From assembly GCA_964423905.1 (NCBI GenBank), contig CAYRGX010000012.1, positions 6,994 to 70,993 on the forward strand: a DNA stretch of 64,000 bases, in the 5' to 3' direction. A program made the translations under genes and the position numbers. Source of the stretch: an uncultured Leptospirales bacterium. GTDB lineage: Bacteria > Spirochaetota > UBA4802 > UBA5550. The notes below the pieces were generated by a model. That model saw nothing but the letters and a program-made list of their open reading frames with translations, was not told the DNA's origin and searched no databases. Positions 47,821 through 57,275 of the stretch are shown piece after piece (position 1 is the stretch's first letter; every line of letters starts with the position of its first letter).

Positions 47821-48762
47821 TCACCTGAGCGAACTGAAGAATTTCCAGATCTCGTCGCAGGCGTTGATGTCGCGGTTGGTCGTTCCTATGATTCGTTTCG
47901 ACAGGTATTGCCGGCCGCCCGGCCAGGTGTGCCCCCCGCCCTCGATCCGGTAGAGGACTACCGGGCGCCCTTTCCCGCCCGGGGAGAAATCCCATCGCGT
48001 CACCTTCGATCCGTCATCTGTATTCGCGTCGGGCAGTGGCGTGATCGCGGGCTCCGCGGCGCACCCGTTGCGCGCGGCCCAGGCACGCACCGCCATCTCG
48101 GTCGGGGACGCCACACCCCTGGTCAGGTGAAGCAGCTTCACCGGACCTCCGCGGTACGGGCACAGCGGATCGTCGGTGCCGTTCATGAAGAGGATCGCCA
48201 TGCGGGCAGCCGGTTCGCAGGGATGGACCGGGTCAGCGGGCTCCGCGGCGCACACGATCGCGGCGCCGTGGATCTTCGTCGAAAGTTCGCAGGCGAGCCT
48301 GAGGCTCATGAACCCGCCGTTGGATATCCCGGTGACGAAGATCCTGTCGCCGTCGATGCCGTACCTGATCTTCATCCTGTCAATCATGGATGACAGAAAA
48401 CCGGTGTCATCGACGTTTGTCAGGTGGGCGCTGTCCTCGACATTCCTGCGCATGTCGTTCCAGTGTTTCTTGTGCCCGTCAGGATATACGACATAGAAAC
48501 CGTTCGCATCGGCCAGCTCGTTGAACCTACCCTGCGTAAGTCGTATCATGTCCCTTCCAGTACCCCCGCCGCCGTGAAGCGCGATGAGAAGCGGGCATTT
48601 TCCCGCGGGCCTGATCTTCGGCTCGTGCATCACGAGCGAACGCTTCAGCCCTCCGTGATTGAAGCTCAGTATTTTGTCGCCCGCTTCGCCGTGGCGTGCC
48701 GCCGAAACAATGATGAGGATGGCGGCTGTGGCTATTATCAATTGATGTCTGAAACACACCAT
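47821..48762 (-). CDS. Secreted alpha/beta-hydrolase (PHB-depolymerase/LpqC-like esterase)
   Basis: LHGGGG, VYPDG, VDDTGF, GISNGG (GxSxG), GTDDP and GGGHTWPG motifs. Confidence 0.88.
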   Translation of the reverse strand: MVCFRHQLIIATAAILIIVSAARHGEAGDKILSFNHGGLKRSLVMHEPKIRPAGKCPLLIALHGGGGTGRDMIRLTQGRFNELADANGFYVVYPDGHKKHWNDMRRNVEDSAHLTNVDDTGFLSSMIDRMKIRYGIDGDRIFVTGISNGGFMSLRLACELSTKIHGAAIVCAAEPADPVHPCEPAARMAILFMNGTDDPLCPYRGGPVKLLHLTRGVASPTEMAVRAWAARNGCAAEPAITPLPDANTDDGSKVTRWDFSPGGKGRPVVLYRIEGGGHTWPGGRQYLSKRIIGTTNRDINACDEIWKFFSSLR

Positions 48763-49079
48763 GAATGTTCGACTCCGATGAAGCCATTTCATGGCAGGAT
48801 AAAAAGCCCGTGTCAATTGAAAAAAGTGCTCACCCCGTTTGCTGCGTGATCGACATATCATCCAGGGAAGGATGGCCGGTAATGCCCAGATACGCGGTTC
48901 TCCTGGCAATGGCACGGGTATTACAGGATGCATATCCCCCATTATCGAATGATCGGTCCGCATCAAGCACCGCCGGACCTGTATGATTTCTTTTCAGGTA
49001 TTGTGTCCGATGTCCGAAAAATAACATTGGGATACCGTTCTTTTTGGCGGATATACCCTTCGAGTTTTTTCGCGTCACG

Positions 49080-51311
49080 GGGATGATGATCATGGCATTT
49101 TTCGGGGAGATGGCGGCGCGCATCGGAACGCTCAGAGGGGACCTTTTCGGCGGATTCGCCGCGATGCTGGTGGCCCTGCCCTCGGCCATCGCGTACGGAT
49201 TGATCGTGTATGCGCCCCTTGGCGCGGAATTCGCGTCTGCAGGGGCCGTGGCGGGACTGGTGGGCTCGGTGGTCATGGGCATCCTGGCGCCGTTGATCGG
49301 CGGCACCTCCAGGATGGTATCGGCTCCATGCGCGCCCGCGGCTGCGCTCCTGTCCGCGTTCGCCGCCGATGCCGTTGCCGGAGGAACGATCGCGCCCGAG
49401 ATACTGCCTCTCTGCATAACCCTCATCGCCATGGGCGCAGGCATCATACAGATAGGCGCGGGGCTTCTTCGCGGCGGAACCTTCATCAAGTTCATCCCGT
49501 ATCCTGTCGTCACGGGCTACCTGAGCGGCGTCGGGGTCCTGATATTCGTCGGGCAGCTTCCCGGGTTCCTCGGGCTCCCGAGGGACGTGTCCCTTGCAAG
49601 GGGTATCCTCGAGCCGGGCCGGTGGAGCGTCGAAAGCATCATCATCGGTTCCGTTACCATCGCCATCATGCTCGTCCTGCCAAGGATCGTAAAGGCGGTC
49701 CCCGCATCGATAGCCGCGCTCGCGGCAGGGATCGGTGTGTATTTCATCCTTTCGTTGTGGAACCCCGCGCTGCTCGCCCTCGAAAAAAACCCATTCGTGG
49801 TCGGGACCATACACGCCTCGTTCGGCGATATCGCGGGCCATGCGGGACGCAACATTCGTACTATCGCTTCGATAGATATCCGGACACTGCAGTCGCTCCT
49901 CGTGCCGATTATCTCGCTCGGCGTACTGCTCTCCATCGATACGTTGAAAACATGCGTGGTACTGGATGTCATGACCGGATCGCGACATCATTCGAACAGG
50001 GAGCTTTTCGGGCAGGGCGCATCGAACATGGTTTCCGCGCTCATGGGGGGCATGCCTGGCTCCGGTACCATGGGAGGGACGCTGGTCAATTTCTACAGCG
50101 GGGGTAAGACTCGTTTCTCGGGCATCGTGGAGGGGATATGCGCGCTCCTGGTACTGGTGTTCTTCGCCAGGCTTGTCGCGTGGGTCCCACTTGCCTCCCT
50201 GGCAGGGGTGCTACTGGTCGTGGCGGTGCGCATGCTGGACCGCAAATCAATCGAGCTCCTGAAACATCGCTCAACTTTGTTCGATTTCGCGGTCATCCTC
50301 GCGGTCGTCATCTCCGCGGTGGCCCTGAGCCTCATCGCGGCGGCCGGTGTCGGCATCGCGTTCGCGATTATTCTTTTCCTGCGCGACCAGGTCAGGTTTC
50401 CCGTTGTGCGGCACAAAATATTCGGAAACCAGGCGTTTTCGAAGAAAAACCGCCCGCCTTCAGAGCAGAGCATCCTGCTCACAAAAGGTTCCGAAACGCT
50501 GATAGTCGAGCTCCAGGGGCAGCTTTTTTTCGGCACCACGGACCAACTCTATACCGAAATCGAGCCCTTCATCGGCCGCTGCAGGCATTTCATACTGGAC
50601 ATGCGGCGTGTGCTGACGGTGGATTTCACTGCGGCGAACATGCTTTCCCAGCTGAAAACCAAAATACTCGAATCGGGCGGGGACCTCAGCTTTTCATCAG
50701 TGCCGCAAAGCCTGCCCACCGGGCTGCACGTGCGGGACTATCTCCAGCGTCTGGGTTTCTCCAGGGAGAGCGGGAGAGTACGTTTTTTTCCCGACATGGA
50801 CGAGGCCCTCGAGTGGGTCGAAGACGAGTACATTCGGGAAGCGATGCCCGGGTCCATCGAGGGGAAGGCGCTCATACTTTCCGAGTTCGATTTTTTTGAG
50901 GGGTTCTCCCCCGGGGTGCTCAACACGATCGCCGCGAACGGCGAGGAGAAACAATACCAGGAGGGGGATCCGATTTTCGCGCGCGGCGACAGGGGCGGAG
51001 AAATCTACTTCATAAAGAAGGGCGAGGTGCGGATAGAGATCATGCTCCCTTCCGGGATGGCGCACCATCTCGCCACGTTCGGGCGCGGCGCGTTCTTCGG
51101 CGACATGTCGTTTCTCGACAGGCAGCCGAGGTCAGCGGATGCCAAGGCCGTGGGAAACGTGGAGTTGTTCATCCTGAACAGGCGCGTCTTCAACCGGATC
51201 GTCAGGCAGTACCCGGAGGTGGCCGGGATTTTTTACGAACGCTTGTCGCTTGAGATCGCGAGAAGGCTCAGGATCAACGTCATGGAGCAGACCGCCCTCG
51301 ACGAAATGTGA
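49080..51311 (+). CDS. SulP/SLC26 anion transporter with STAS and cyclic-nucleotide-binding domains
   Basis: ALPSAIAYG, PYPVVTGY, ELFGQG, LQGQLFFGT (STAS), FFGDMSFLDRQPRSADA (cNMP). Confidence 0.92.
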   Translation, partial: GMMIMAFFGEMAARIGTLRGDLFGGFAAMLVALPSAIAYGLIVYAPLGAEFASAGAVAGLVGSVVMGILAPLIGGTSRMVSAPCAPAAALLSAFAADAVAGGTIAPEILPLCITLIAMGAGIIQIGAGLLRGGTFIKFIPYPVVTGYLSGVGVLIFVGQLPGFLGLPRDVSLARGILEPGRWSVESIIIGSVTIAIMLVLPRIVKAVPASIAALAAGIGVYFILSLWNPALLALEKNPFVVGTIHASFGDIAGHAGRNIRTIASIDIRTLQSLLVPIISLGVLLSIDTLKTCVVLDVMTGSRHHSNRELFGQGASNMVSALMGGMPGSGTMGGTLVNFYSGGKTRFSGIVEGICALLVLVFFARLVAWVPLASLAGVLLVVAVRMLDRKSIELLKHRSTLFDFAVILAVVISAVALSLIAAAGVGIAFAIILFLRDQVRFPVVRHKIFGNQAFSKKNRPPSEQSILLTKGSETLIVELQGQLFFGTTDQLYTEIEPFIGRCRHFILDMRRVLTVDFTAANMLSQLKTKILESGGDLSFSSVPQSLPTGLHVRDYLQRLGFSRESGRVRFFPDMDEALEWVEDEYIREAMPGSIEGKALILSEFDFFEGFSPGVLNTIAANGEEKQYQEGDPIFARGDRGGEIYFIKKGEVRIEIMLPSGMAHHLATFGRGAFFGDMSFLDRQPRSADAKAVGNVELFILNRRVFNRIVRQYPEVAGIFYERLSLEIARRLRINVMEQTALDEM

Positions 51312-51405
51312 TTCCGGCTTAACCCGTCGTACCCCGCCACAGTGCGGACACCGACGCTGTCGGATCATCCCCTGGCCATGAGAGCATCCACCGTCCCGGG
51401 CGCGA

Positions 51406-52473
51406 TCAGACGATGCCCCTCAGCTTCGCGATCTGCAGCATCTGTTCCGCGCTTGTCGCCGGGGGTACCATCTGCGTCGCTCCCTGTTTCGGGGCGAGGG
51501 TGATCGCGCCGGCAGTGCATGCGACGACGCACAGGCCGCAGCCGATGCAGCGTTCTTGGCTGACAGAGGCGGCGCCACCATCGGGGAGCGTGATCGCTTC
51601 CATCTGGCAGCGGTCGATGCACGCTCCGCAGGCGGTGCAATTTTTCCCGGCGCTTTCGGCCTGGTAATTGGAAAAGACGAGTTCCGCGGGCCTGGGGAAG
51701 CGTTTTATCGCCTGTAGGACGCCGCAGCAATCCCCGCAGCAGTTGCACATGCCGGCCGGGTTCTGGGCCGTGCCGGGCTGGGTCACGAGGCCCTGCTCCT
51801 GCGAGTTCCTGAGAATGGCGAGGGCCTCGGCCTGATCTATCTTTCTGCCGATCCCGTTATCGATATAGTACCGGGCCATGGACCCGAACATGAAGCACGT
51901 CTCGAGGGGCTTGCCGCAGCCTTTTCCCGAGATACTTTTTTCCTTCCGGCAGATGCATTCGGCGACCGCGATCGCATCGTTTTTTTCGATGATCGCCCGG
52001 GCATCCTCGAACGCGGCCACACGGGGCTCGAGAATGATGGAACGCTCCACGGGGACCGGCCGCAGGAAAAGCCCCTTGATGCCGGCGATGGCCCTGTGGA
52101 ATTTTTCCTCGTAATACTTTTCGAAGAGCTCCGCCAGTTCGGGATCGAGCCTGGCAATCCTGAATTCGAGCAACCCGTGCATGAATGGAATGGCCCCGTA
52201 TTTTACCGAATCCCCTTTTCTGAGGCGGAAGAGGAGGCCGCGGCCTGCCATGTCTTCGAGGCGGGCCGAAACCTCTTCGGCAGGCATTCCCAGCCGCGCC
52301 GCCACTGAAGCGGGATCTTCCAGCTTCGGGCTCATCAACAGAAAGAACGAGGCTTCCTTTTCGTCGAAGAGCCGTTTCAGTATTTCGATCTCGATCCCCG
52401 ATTCCGTTTCCGGGAAGCCCAGGGAATACATGTCCAGCCGTTTCCGCAATTCATGATACACGCTATCCGTCAT
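51406..52473 (-). CDS. Cys-rich 4Fe-4S binding protein (paralogue 3)
   Basis: CICR...C...C, CNCCGDCC, CTACGACIDRC, CIGCGLCVVAC. Confidence 0.85.
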   Translation of the reverse strand: MTDSVYHELRKRLDMYSLGFPETESGIEIEILKRLFDEKEASFFLLMSPKLEDPASVAARLGMPAEEVSARLEDMAGRGLLFRLRKGDSVKYGAIPFMHGLLEFRIARLDPELAELFEKYYEEKFHRAIAGIKGLFLRPVPVERSIILEPRVAAFEDARAIIEKNDAIAVAECICRKEKSISGKGCGKPLETCFMFGSMARYYIDNGIGRKIDQAEALAILRNSQEQGLVTQPGTAQNPAGMCNCCGDCCGVLQAIKRFPRPAELVFSNYQAESAGKNCTACGACIDRCQMEAITLPDGGAASVSQERCIGCGLCVVACTAGAITLAPKQGATQMVPPATSAEQMLQIAKLRGIV

Positions 52474-52547
52474 GATCGTTCTCCTGTGGCGTGCGAACGT
52501 AGGGGTGCACCTTCAGATGTCGCGATTCGCGCCTCGAAGAAATTGCC

Positions 52548-53624
52548 TCAGTATCTGAAACCGAGACCTGCGTGAATCGCGGTATAACCCTTTTTCACCG
52601 TGTGCTTTTTGTCGTTAAAAATCATTCCATAATAGGCGCCCAGCGTTATTTTTAGCAGAGATCCCGGATGGATCTCGCAGAGCAGCCCTGGCTTAACAAA
52701 GCCGTTGAGCTCATTTTTCTGGCCCTTTTTCGGGTAATTGATATATGGATATCGTCCCAGGTTCTTTGACCAGTTCCATGCACCACCGCCTGACACGTAC
52801 GGGACAAGGCTGAATAGTTCCCCGATGATCAGGTTGAAGCCGACAGTCGCGCACACGGGCATCGTGAGATAGTACCCCTTCTGGGAGGCCTTGCTTCGAA
52901 ATTTTATCACGGTTCCTTCTATACCGAGGACAATGCCATCGCGGTACTGAAACGCGATCGCCCCCCCGTATCCCATGTGGACGAGATCCTTCATGGTGCC
53001 CATGGGAAGGCCGATGGCAAATTCAGTTATAAGATGTTCCTTTTTGGATTCACGGAACGCGAGGATTGATTTCCCGCTCTTTTTCTTTTTATCCGCGAGG
53101 GACGAGTCGTCGTTTTTCTTTCTTTTCTTCGGCAGTTCGACGGTCACGCCCGCGATGCTTTTTGCCGCCAGCTCCGCGATGCTGTTAACCGCGTCCTGGA
53201 TGTCGTTATCCGTCTGCGCGTTTTCCGCGTGGGCGAACTTGACGCTGCCCCGCTCGACCTTGATTATCTTGAGCGTTACCGTGTATCCCGACGTCCGGTC
53301 GACGCTCCCGACGGCGATATATTCCGCCGCGAGAAGTCTGCCAACCTCGAGTGCGGATGAGGTATCGGTCACGCCCGTCATCTGGAGGCCGTGTTCCCTG
53401 AGTATCGAGTTGATTTCCCTTCTTTCGACAAGCTTGAACGCCTTTGTCTGAAACAATGCCACTTCCATCTTGTTGCGGACCGATAGGGCGTATTCCTTTG
53501 TGGTGTTGTTGGGGGTAAAGTCCAATACGGCAAGGCGTATACGTTTCTTTTCTGCTGCTGACACGTTTGTCGCGACCATGAACGTCATGCATATTCCCGT
53601 TAGCAGCATAACGACATTCTTCAT
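52548..53624 (-). CDS. CsgG/FlgO-like domain plus probable outer-membrane beta-barrel
   Basis: Signal peptide; RLAVLDF, VERREINSILRE, VGRLLAAEYIAVGSV; Lys-rich linker; alternating C-terminal strands ending GLGFRY. Confidence 0.7.
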   Translation of the reverse strand: MKNVVMLLTGICMTFMVATNVSAAEKKRIRLAVLDFTPNNTTKEYALSVRNKMEVALFQTKAFKLVERREINSILREHGLQMTGVTDTSSALEVGRLLAAEYIAVGSVDRTSGYTVTLKIIKVERGSVKFAHAENAQTDNDIQDAVNSIAELAAKSIAGVTVELPKKRKKNDDSSLADKKKKSGKSILAFRESKKEHLITEFAIGLPMGTMKDLVHMGYGGAIAFQYRDGIVLGIEGTVIKFRSKASQKGYYLTMPVCATVGFNLIIGELFSLVPYVSGGGAWNWSKNLGRYPYINYPKKGQKNELNGFVKPGLLCEIHPGSLLKITLGAYYGMIFNDKKHTVKKGYTAIHAGLGFRY

Positions 53625-53783
53625 AATGTATTCTCCGCTAGTATAATGGTGCTTTCAGATACTACCCTTCCCTCCGTCGGAAATGATGGCAAGGTATTTT
53701 TCTTCTGTAATGAATTGGTGTGATTGCCTGCGGTTGAAGGCGTTAACTATGCCCCGGTATGACCGGGGCATAGTTCGGCTTGT

Positions 53784-54377
53784 TCAGATTCGAAACCGCA
53801 CTCCCGCATGGCCCGTATGGGTATAGGGCGCGGTGTTCTTGACGTTCGATATGGTATAGAGGTATTCGAGGTAAATGCTGAACTTGTCCAGGACTTCAAT
53901 GTTGGCGAGGGGGATATCCAGCCCGCCGCCGAATGCATACGTTTTGAAATACTCGGAGATGGATACGTTTTTCCAATTTTTGACGCGGAAGCCTTCGTTC
54001 TGGTCCCATATATTGGTCGAAACCCTTCCATAGGGACGGAGGTTGGCCTTCGGAATATTGATCTGGAGGTAGCCATCAAGCCCTACGGAATCGCGATAGG
54101 TCATCTTCTTTTTGTCGAAACCGAAATAGTTGATGGTTTTTATTTCGTACGCGCGCTGGTAATACGCTCCGAGCCCGAGGGTGACTACCTCGGCGAGCGT
54201 GAAGCTTGCATGGGAGATCAGGCCGAGGTGAGGTCCATACACGGTCGGGTTGTAAGCCTTACCGCCGAAATTATATCCTCCATATGCACCTATGTCGATG
54301 ATGGCGTGACCCGACACGGGCGCGAGGAGAAAGAGCGCAAGAGCAAGACCCGAACAGAATACCGTTATTCTTTTCAT
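53784..54377 (-). CDS. Probable outer-membrane beta-barrel protein
   Basis: Signal peptide; Gly/aromatic alternating strands ending HAGVRFRI. Confidence 0.65.
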   Translation of the reverse strand: MKRITVFCSGLALALFLLAPVSGHAIIDIGAYGGYNFGGKAYNPTVYGPHLGLISHASFTLAEVVTLGLGAYYQRAYEIKTINYFGFDKKKMTYRDSVGLDGYLQINIPKANLRPYGRVSTNIWDQNEGFRVKNWKNVSISEYFKTYAFGGGLDIPLANIEVLDKFSIYLEYLYTISNVKNTAPYTHTGHAGVRFRI

Positions 54378-54575
54378 TATTTTCTCCTTCTTTCTTGCGA
54401 AATTTGTTTTATCCAGACTGGATTTTGACACGGCCATACACCCGTGTCAACAGTATTGGCGGCACTTTTCTTTTTTTTGTTGAGCTCTCATTGCTGACTG
54501 TTCCAATCGTCGCATCAATGTCGTCCCGGTCCTCGAAAATCACATGGGCCTGCGGTCAAGCTCGACGCAGGCGAG

Positions 54576-54601
54576 GGCCCCTCCCCGTCGCAGGAGGGGC
54601 C
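54576..54601. terminator. GC-rich hairpin downstream of the EXPERA gene (possible terminator; no U-tract)
   Basis: Perfect 9-bp stem GGCCCCTCC/GGAGGGGCC with an 8-nt loop. Confidence 0.4.
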
Positions 54602-54615
54602 GCGCGATCCTGTTC

Positions 54616-55185
54616 CTAACCGTCTTTTCTGCTGAATGGCCTGTCCTTCCACATCCTCACCGCGAGAAGCAATGGCACGATTTTGTAGGGAAGGTTGAAC
54701 GCCAGGAACTTGGCCGCGTTTTGCACGGTGAGGTCCGGCGTGAGCCCGGATTTCGCGAGCTCCTCGGCGGTTTTCAGACCACCCGCGCTCATCTGAGCGT
54801 AGAACGCCCCGTCGCCGGCGAATTCAACCACGAGGATCACTATCATGCTTTCGATGATCATGCCCGCGTACACCAGGGCGAAGGGCCTGATCCAGTTCCT
54901 GCCCCTGATGAATGAATAGACAAGAACCAGGTAAAACGGGCCGAAGACGAACGCCGAGATCGCGCACATGGTGCGGAGCCACAGCGGGTTTGCGATGAGA
55001 AGGGGATCGCACCCCAGAGCATAGGCGTGGTACGCGGCACGGGCCCAGAAGTAGCCGCTGGCCGGGTCCGGCCGCATGACCGCGTTGACCATGTCAGCGG
55101 CGAACGAAGTGAATGCAAAAGCCGAAAACATGACAATGAAAAACAGGTCATATTTCCGCTCCTTCAGGGGAATGATGGAATCCAT
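54616..55185 (-). CDS. EXPERA / emopamil-binding (sterol delta8-delta7 isomerase-like) membrane protein
   Basis: YA-x-G-x-DPLL-x-x-NP-x-W-x-R, SAFVFGPFY, FNLPY-x-x-VPLLL; 4 TM; AAGGAGG RBS before ATG 55185. Confidence 0.75.
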   Translation of the reverse strand: MDSIIPLKERKYDLFFIVMFSAFAFTSFAADMVNAVMRPDPASGYFWARAAYHAYALGCDPLLIANPLWLRTMCAISAFVFGPFYLVLVYSFIRGRNWIRPFALVYAGMIIESMIVILVVEFAGDGAFYAQMSAGGLKTAEELAKSGLTPDLTVQNAAKFLAFNLPYKIVPLLLAVRMWKDRPFSRKDG

Positions 55186-55293
55186 AGGCAAATCCTCCTT
55201 TATGGTTCGCCGTCCTCCCTGTGTGTGTTGAGGGGGCCGGCGTTTGTGCGCTGTATAGAACCGTCCGCGCGGAACCGCGTCGGGGGTTTTCTG

Positions 55294-56571
55294 TCAATAT
55301 ATCCGCGGGACGATCCGCCATGGGACGAGCTTCTTGTATTCGTCCCAGTCGGTCCCGTATTTCAGGGAGCACTTGCGATCGTCCCGCCGCTCCCTGTGAA
55401 CCAGGAGCGCGGTGAAGTAGATCACGTAGAAATAGGGTATCGGCGAATCGAAAAGGCAGGGCAGGCACCACGCGAGGGCCATCATGATGTCGCCCACGTA
55501 ATTGAAATGCCGTGCAAGGCCCCAGAATCCCGAAACAAGAATGCGGTTCCCATGGGAGGTCTGGATGAAGCGGGGTTCATGACCCCAGATGCGCTGCCCC
55601 GGCCGCGTGCGGAACCTGTGCTTCTGGAGATTGGTCGCGCGGAAGATGTAATATCCCGCCATGTTGAGAAGAATGATCCCCGCGGCGGCCATAACAGGCA
55701 GCGCGTGGGGGTGGCCTATCAGGTAGAATGCCTGCAGGCTGTACGTCAGCGGCACCCAGACAAGGTCGCCGAAAGCAAGCATCCAGCCGAAACGGTCGTG
55801 GACGATGTCCACCGTGGTGAGGATCGCCGGTTCATGTAGGTAGTAATCGGCCACGTATAGGAACTGGATCGCCACGGTGACCGCCATCGCCAGGGTGATT
55901 TCACCGTGCGTCCGGTACTGGACCGCCATGAACGAAAAATTGATCATCATCCAGCCGATGAGACCGGGCCGCGCCTCGCAGAAAAATTTCAAGTCGAACC
56001 CCGTTTTCGGGGGGATGCGCGGATTAAGGGAGGTCCCGAGAAAGAAGTCCTGTATGATGCTCCCAGATGGATTATCGCTGCCGGTTTTTTTCCCGAAAAA
56101 ATACAGGAACGCGGCAAAGGCGTATACGAAAATAATCCCCGCGGATATGATCCCGCCGAAATTATCGTACACGATCGCGGGGTCGACAATGTCGAACCAG
56201 ACGAGAACCGCGGCAGTGGCGATTGATACCAAAAACGCCGCGGGACCGTTCATCCTGTACGAGAGGGCGCTTCCATCGGGGAGTTTCACCCCCGTGTGCA
56301 TGCGCCCGGGAAGGAGCGCGGCAAGCGCGGCCTGGAACGCGAACCATCCCAGGAACACCGCCCACGCGCCCGGGGCCGGCACGATGCTCTCCAGAAAAGA
56401 GCCGAACGGCGCGTAACTGATAAAAGCACCGGGAAGTAAGGCGCCCCCGTTGAAGCGTACGGAAAAATAAAGATAATACACCGTCAACGGCAGGCCGATC
56501 ATTAGAATGACGTTCCCGGCCGGGCCTCCGAATTCAAACTTCGGTTTTTCGATGCTGTTCGTCGTTGCCAT
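55294..56571 (-). CDS. ERG4/ERG24 family sterol reductase (C14-/delta7-reductase-like)
   Basis: GSIIQDFFLGTSLNPR, FFCEARPGLIGW, FGWMLAFGDLVWVP, GFWGLARHFNY, LVHRERRDDRKCSLKYGTDWDEY. Confidence 0.93.
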   Translation of the reverse strand: MATTNSIEKPKFEFGGPAGNVILMIGLPLTVYYLYFSVRFNGGALLPGAFISYAPFGSFLESIVPAPGAWAVFLGWFAFQAALAALLPGRMHTGVKLPDGSALSYRMNGPAAFLVSIATAAVLVWFDIVDPAIVYDNFGGIISAGIIFVYAFAAFLYFFGKKTGSDNPSGSIIQDFFLGTSLNPRIPPKTGFDLKFFCEARPGLIGWMMINFSFMAVQYRTHGEITLAMAVTVAIQFLYVADYYLHEPAILTTVDIVHDRFGWMLAFGDLVWVPLTYSLQAFYLIGHPHALPVMAAAGIILLNMAGYYIFRATNLQKHRFRTRPGQRIWGHEPRFIQTSHGNRILVSGFWGLARHFNYVGDIMMALAWCLPCLFDSPIPYFYVIYFTALLVHRERRDDRKCSLKYGTDWDEYKKLVPWRIVPRIY

Positions 56572-56893
56572 GGCTGCTCCCTGTCCTGACAGATGAGGCT
56601 TTTAAGTATTCGCGGTTTGTGCAAGTATTTTTCCGGGGGGTGGTGAAAGGAGGATATTCGCCGGAGTGCAGCTCTATCGGCTGTTTTATGTCATATTGAA
56701 AGCTTGAGTAGCTACGGAACCCGGTTTTGGCAAAAAAAATGCTTGCAATATTACTGATATTTTCATTAATTCAAACATTGTACTAAATAATGCCTTTATA
56801 TATGATTTTCGGCGTTATTGAAGCCCTGTTCCCTTTCGGGGACGGGATACTATTTATAATATTTATGGATTATCCATATAAACGGAGGTATAT

Positions 56894-57160
56894 ATGGCAG
56901 GCTTTTCTCCCAATGACATGAGGCAAATCAGGAGCAACGAAGAGGAAAAACTGAAGGAACACATAATCGAAGCGTGGTCGATTATGGTAAAGACCAACTG
57001 GGGAATCAAAACCCATTGCATTTACAATCCCCAGGAAAGAATTCAATACCCTATGGCCATGAGCTTGAAGAAGTTCTATGACAACGAAGGTTGGGACGTT
57101 CACATCATGGACGAAGTGTCGAACTACAAGTTCGCGATTTATCTGCCTGTCGGTGCATAA
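56894..57160 (+). CDS. Small hypothetical protein (88 aa)
   Basis: GGAGG RBS, AT-rich upstream region and its own terminator. Confidence 0.7.
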   Translation: MAGFSPNDMRQIRSNEEEKLKEHIIEAWSIMVKTNWGIKTHCIYNPQERIQYPMAMSLKKFYDNEGWDVHIMDEVSNYKFAIYLPVGA

Positions 57161-57194
57161 AATCGGATAGTATTTTCACCACATTGAAATGCAG

Positions 57195-57226
57195 AGGGAC
57201 CGTGGTTCGGACCACGGTCCCTTTTT
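57195..57226 (+). terminator. Rho-independent terminator
   Basis: Perfect 12-bp stem AGGGACCGTGGT-TCGG-ACCACGGTCCCT followed by TTTT. Confidence 0.85.
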
Positions 57227-57275
57227 ATGTGTGCGCCCAGTACGGCGCACATTCTGGACCCGCGGTTCGGGAAGA

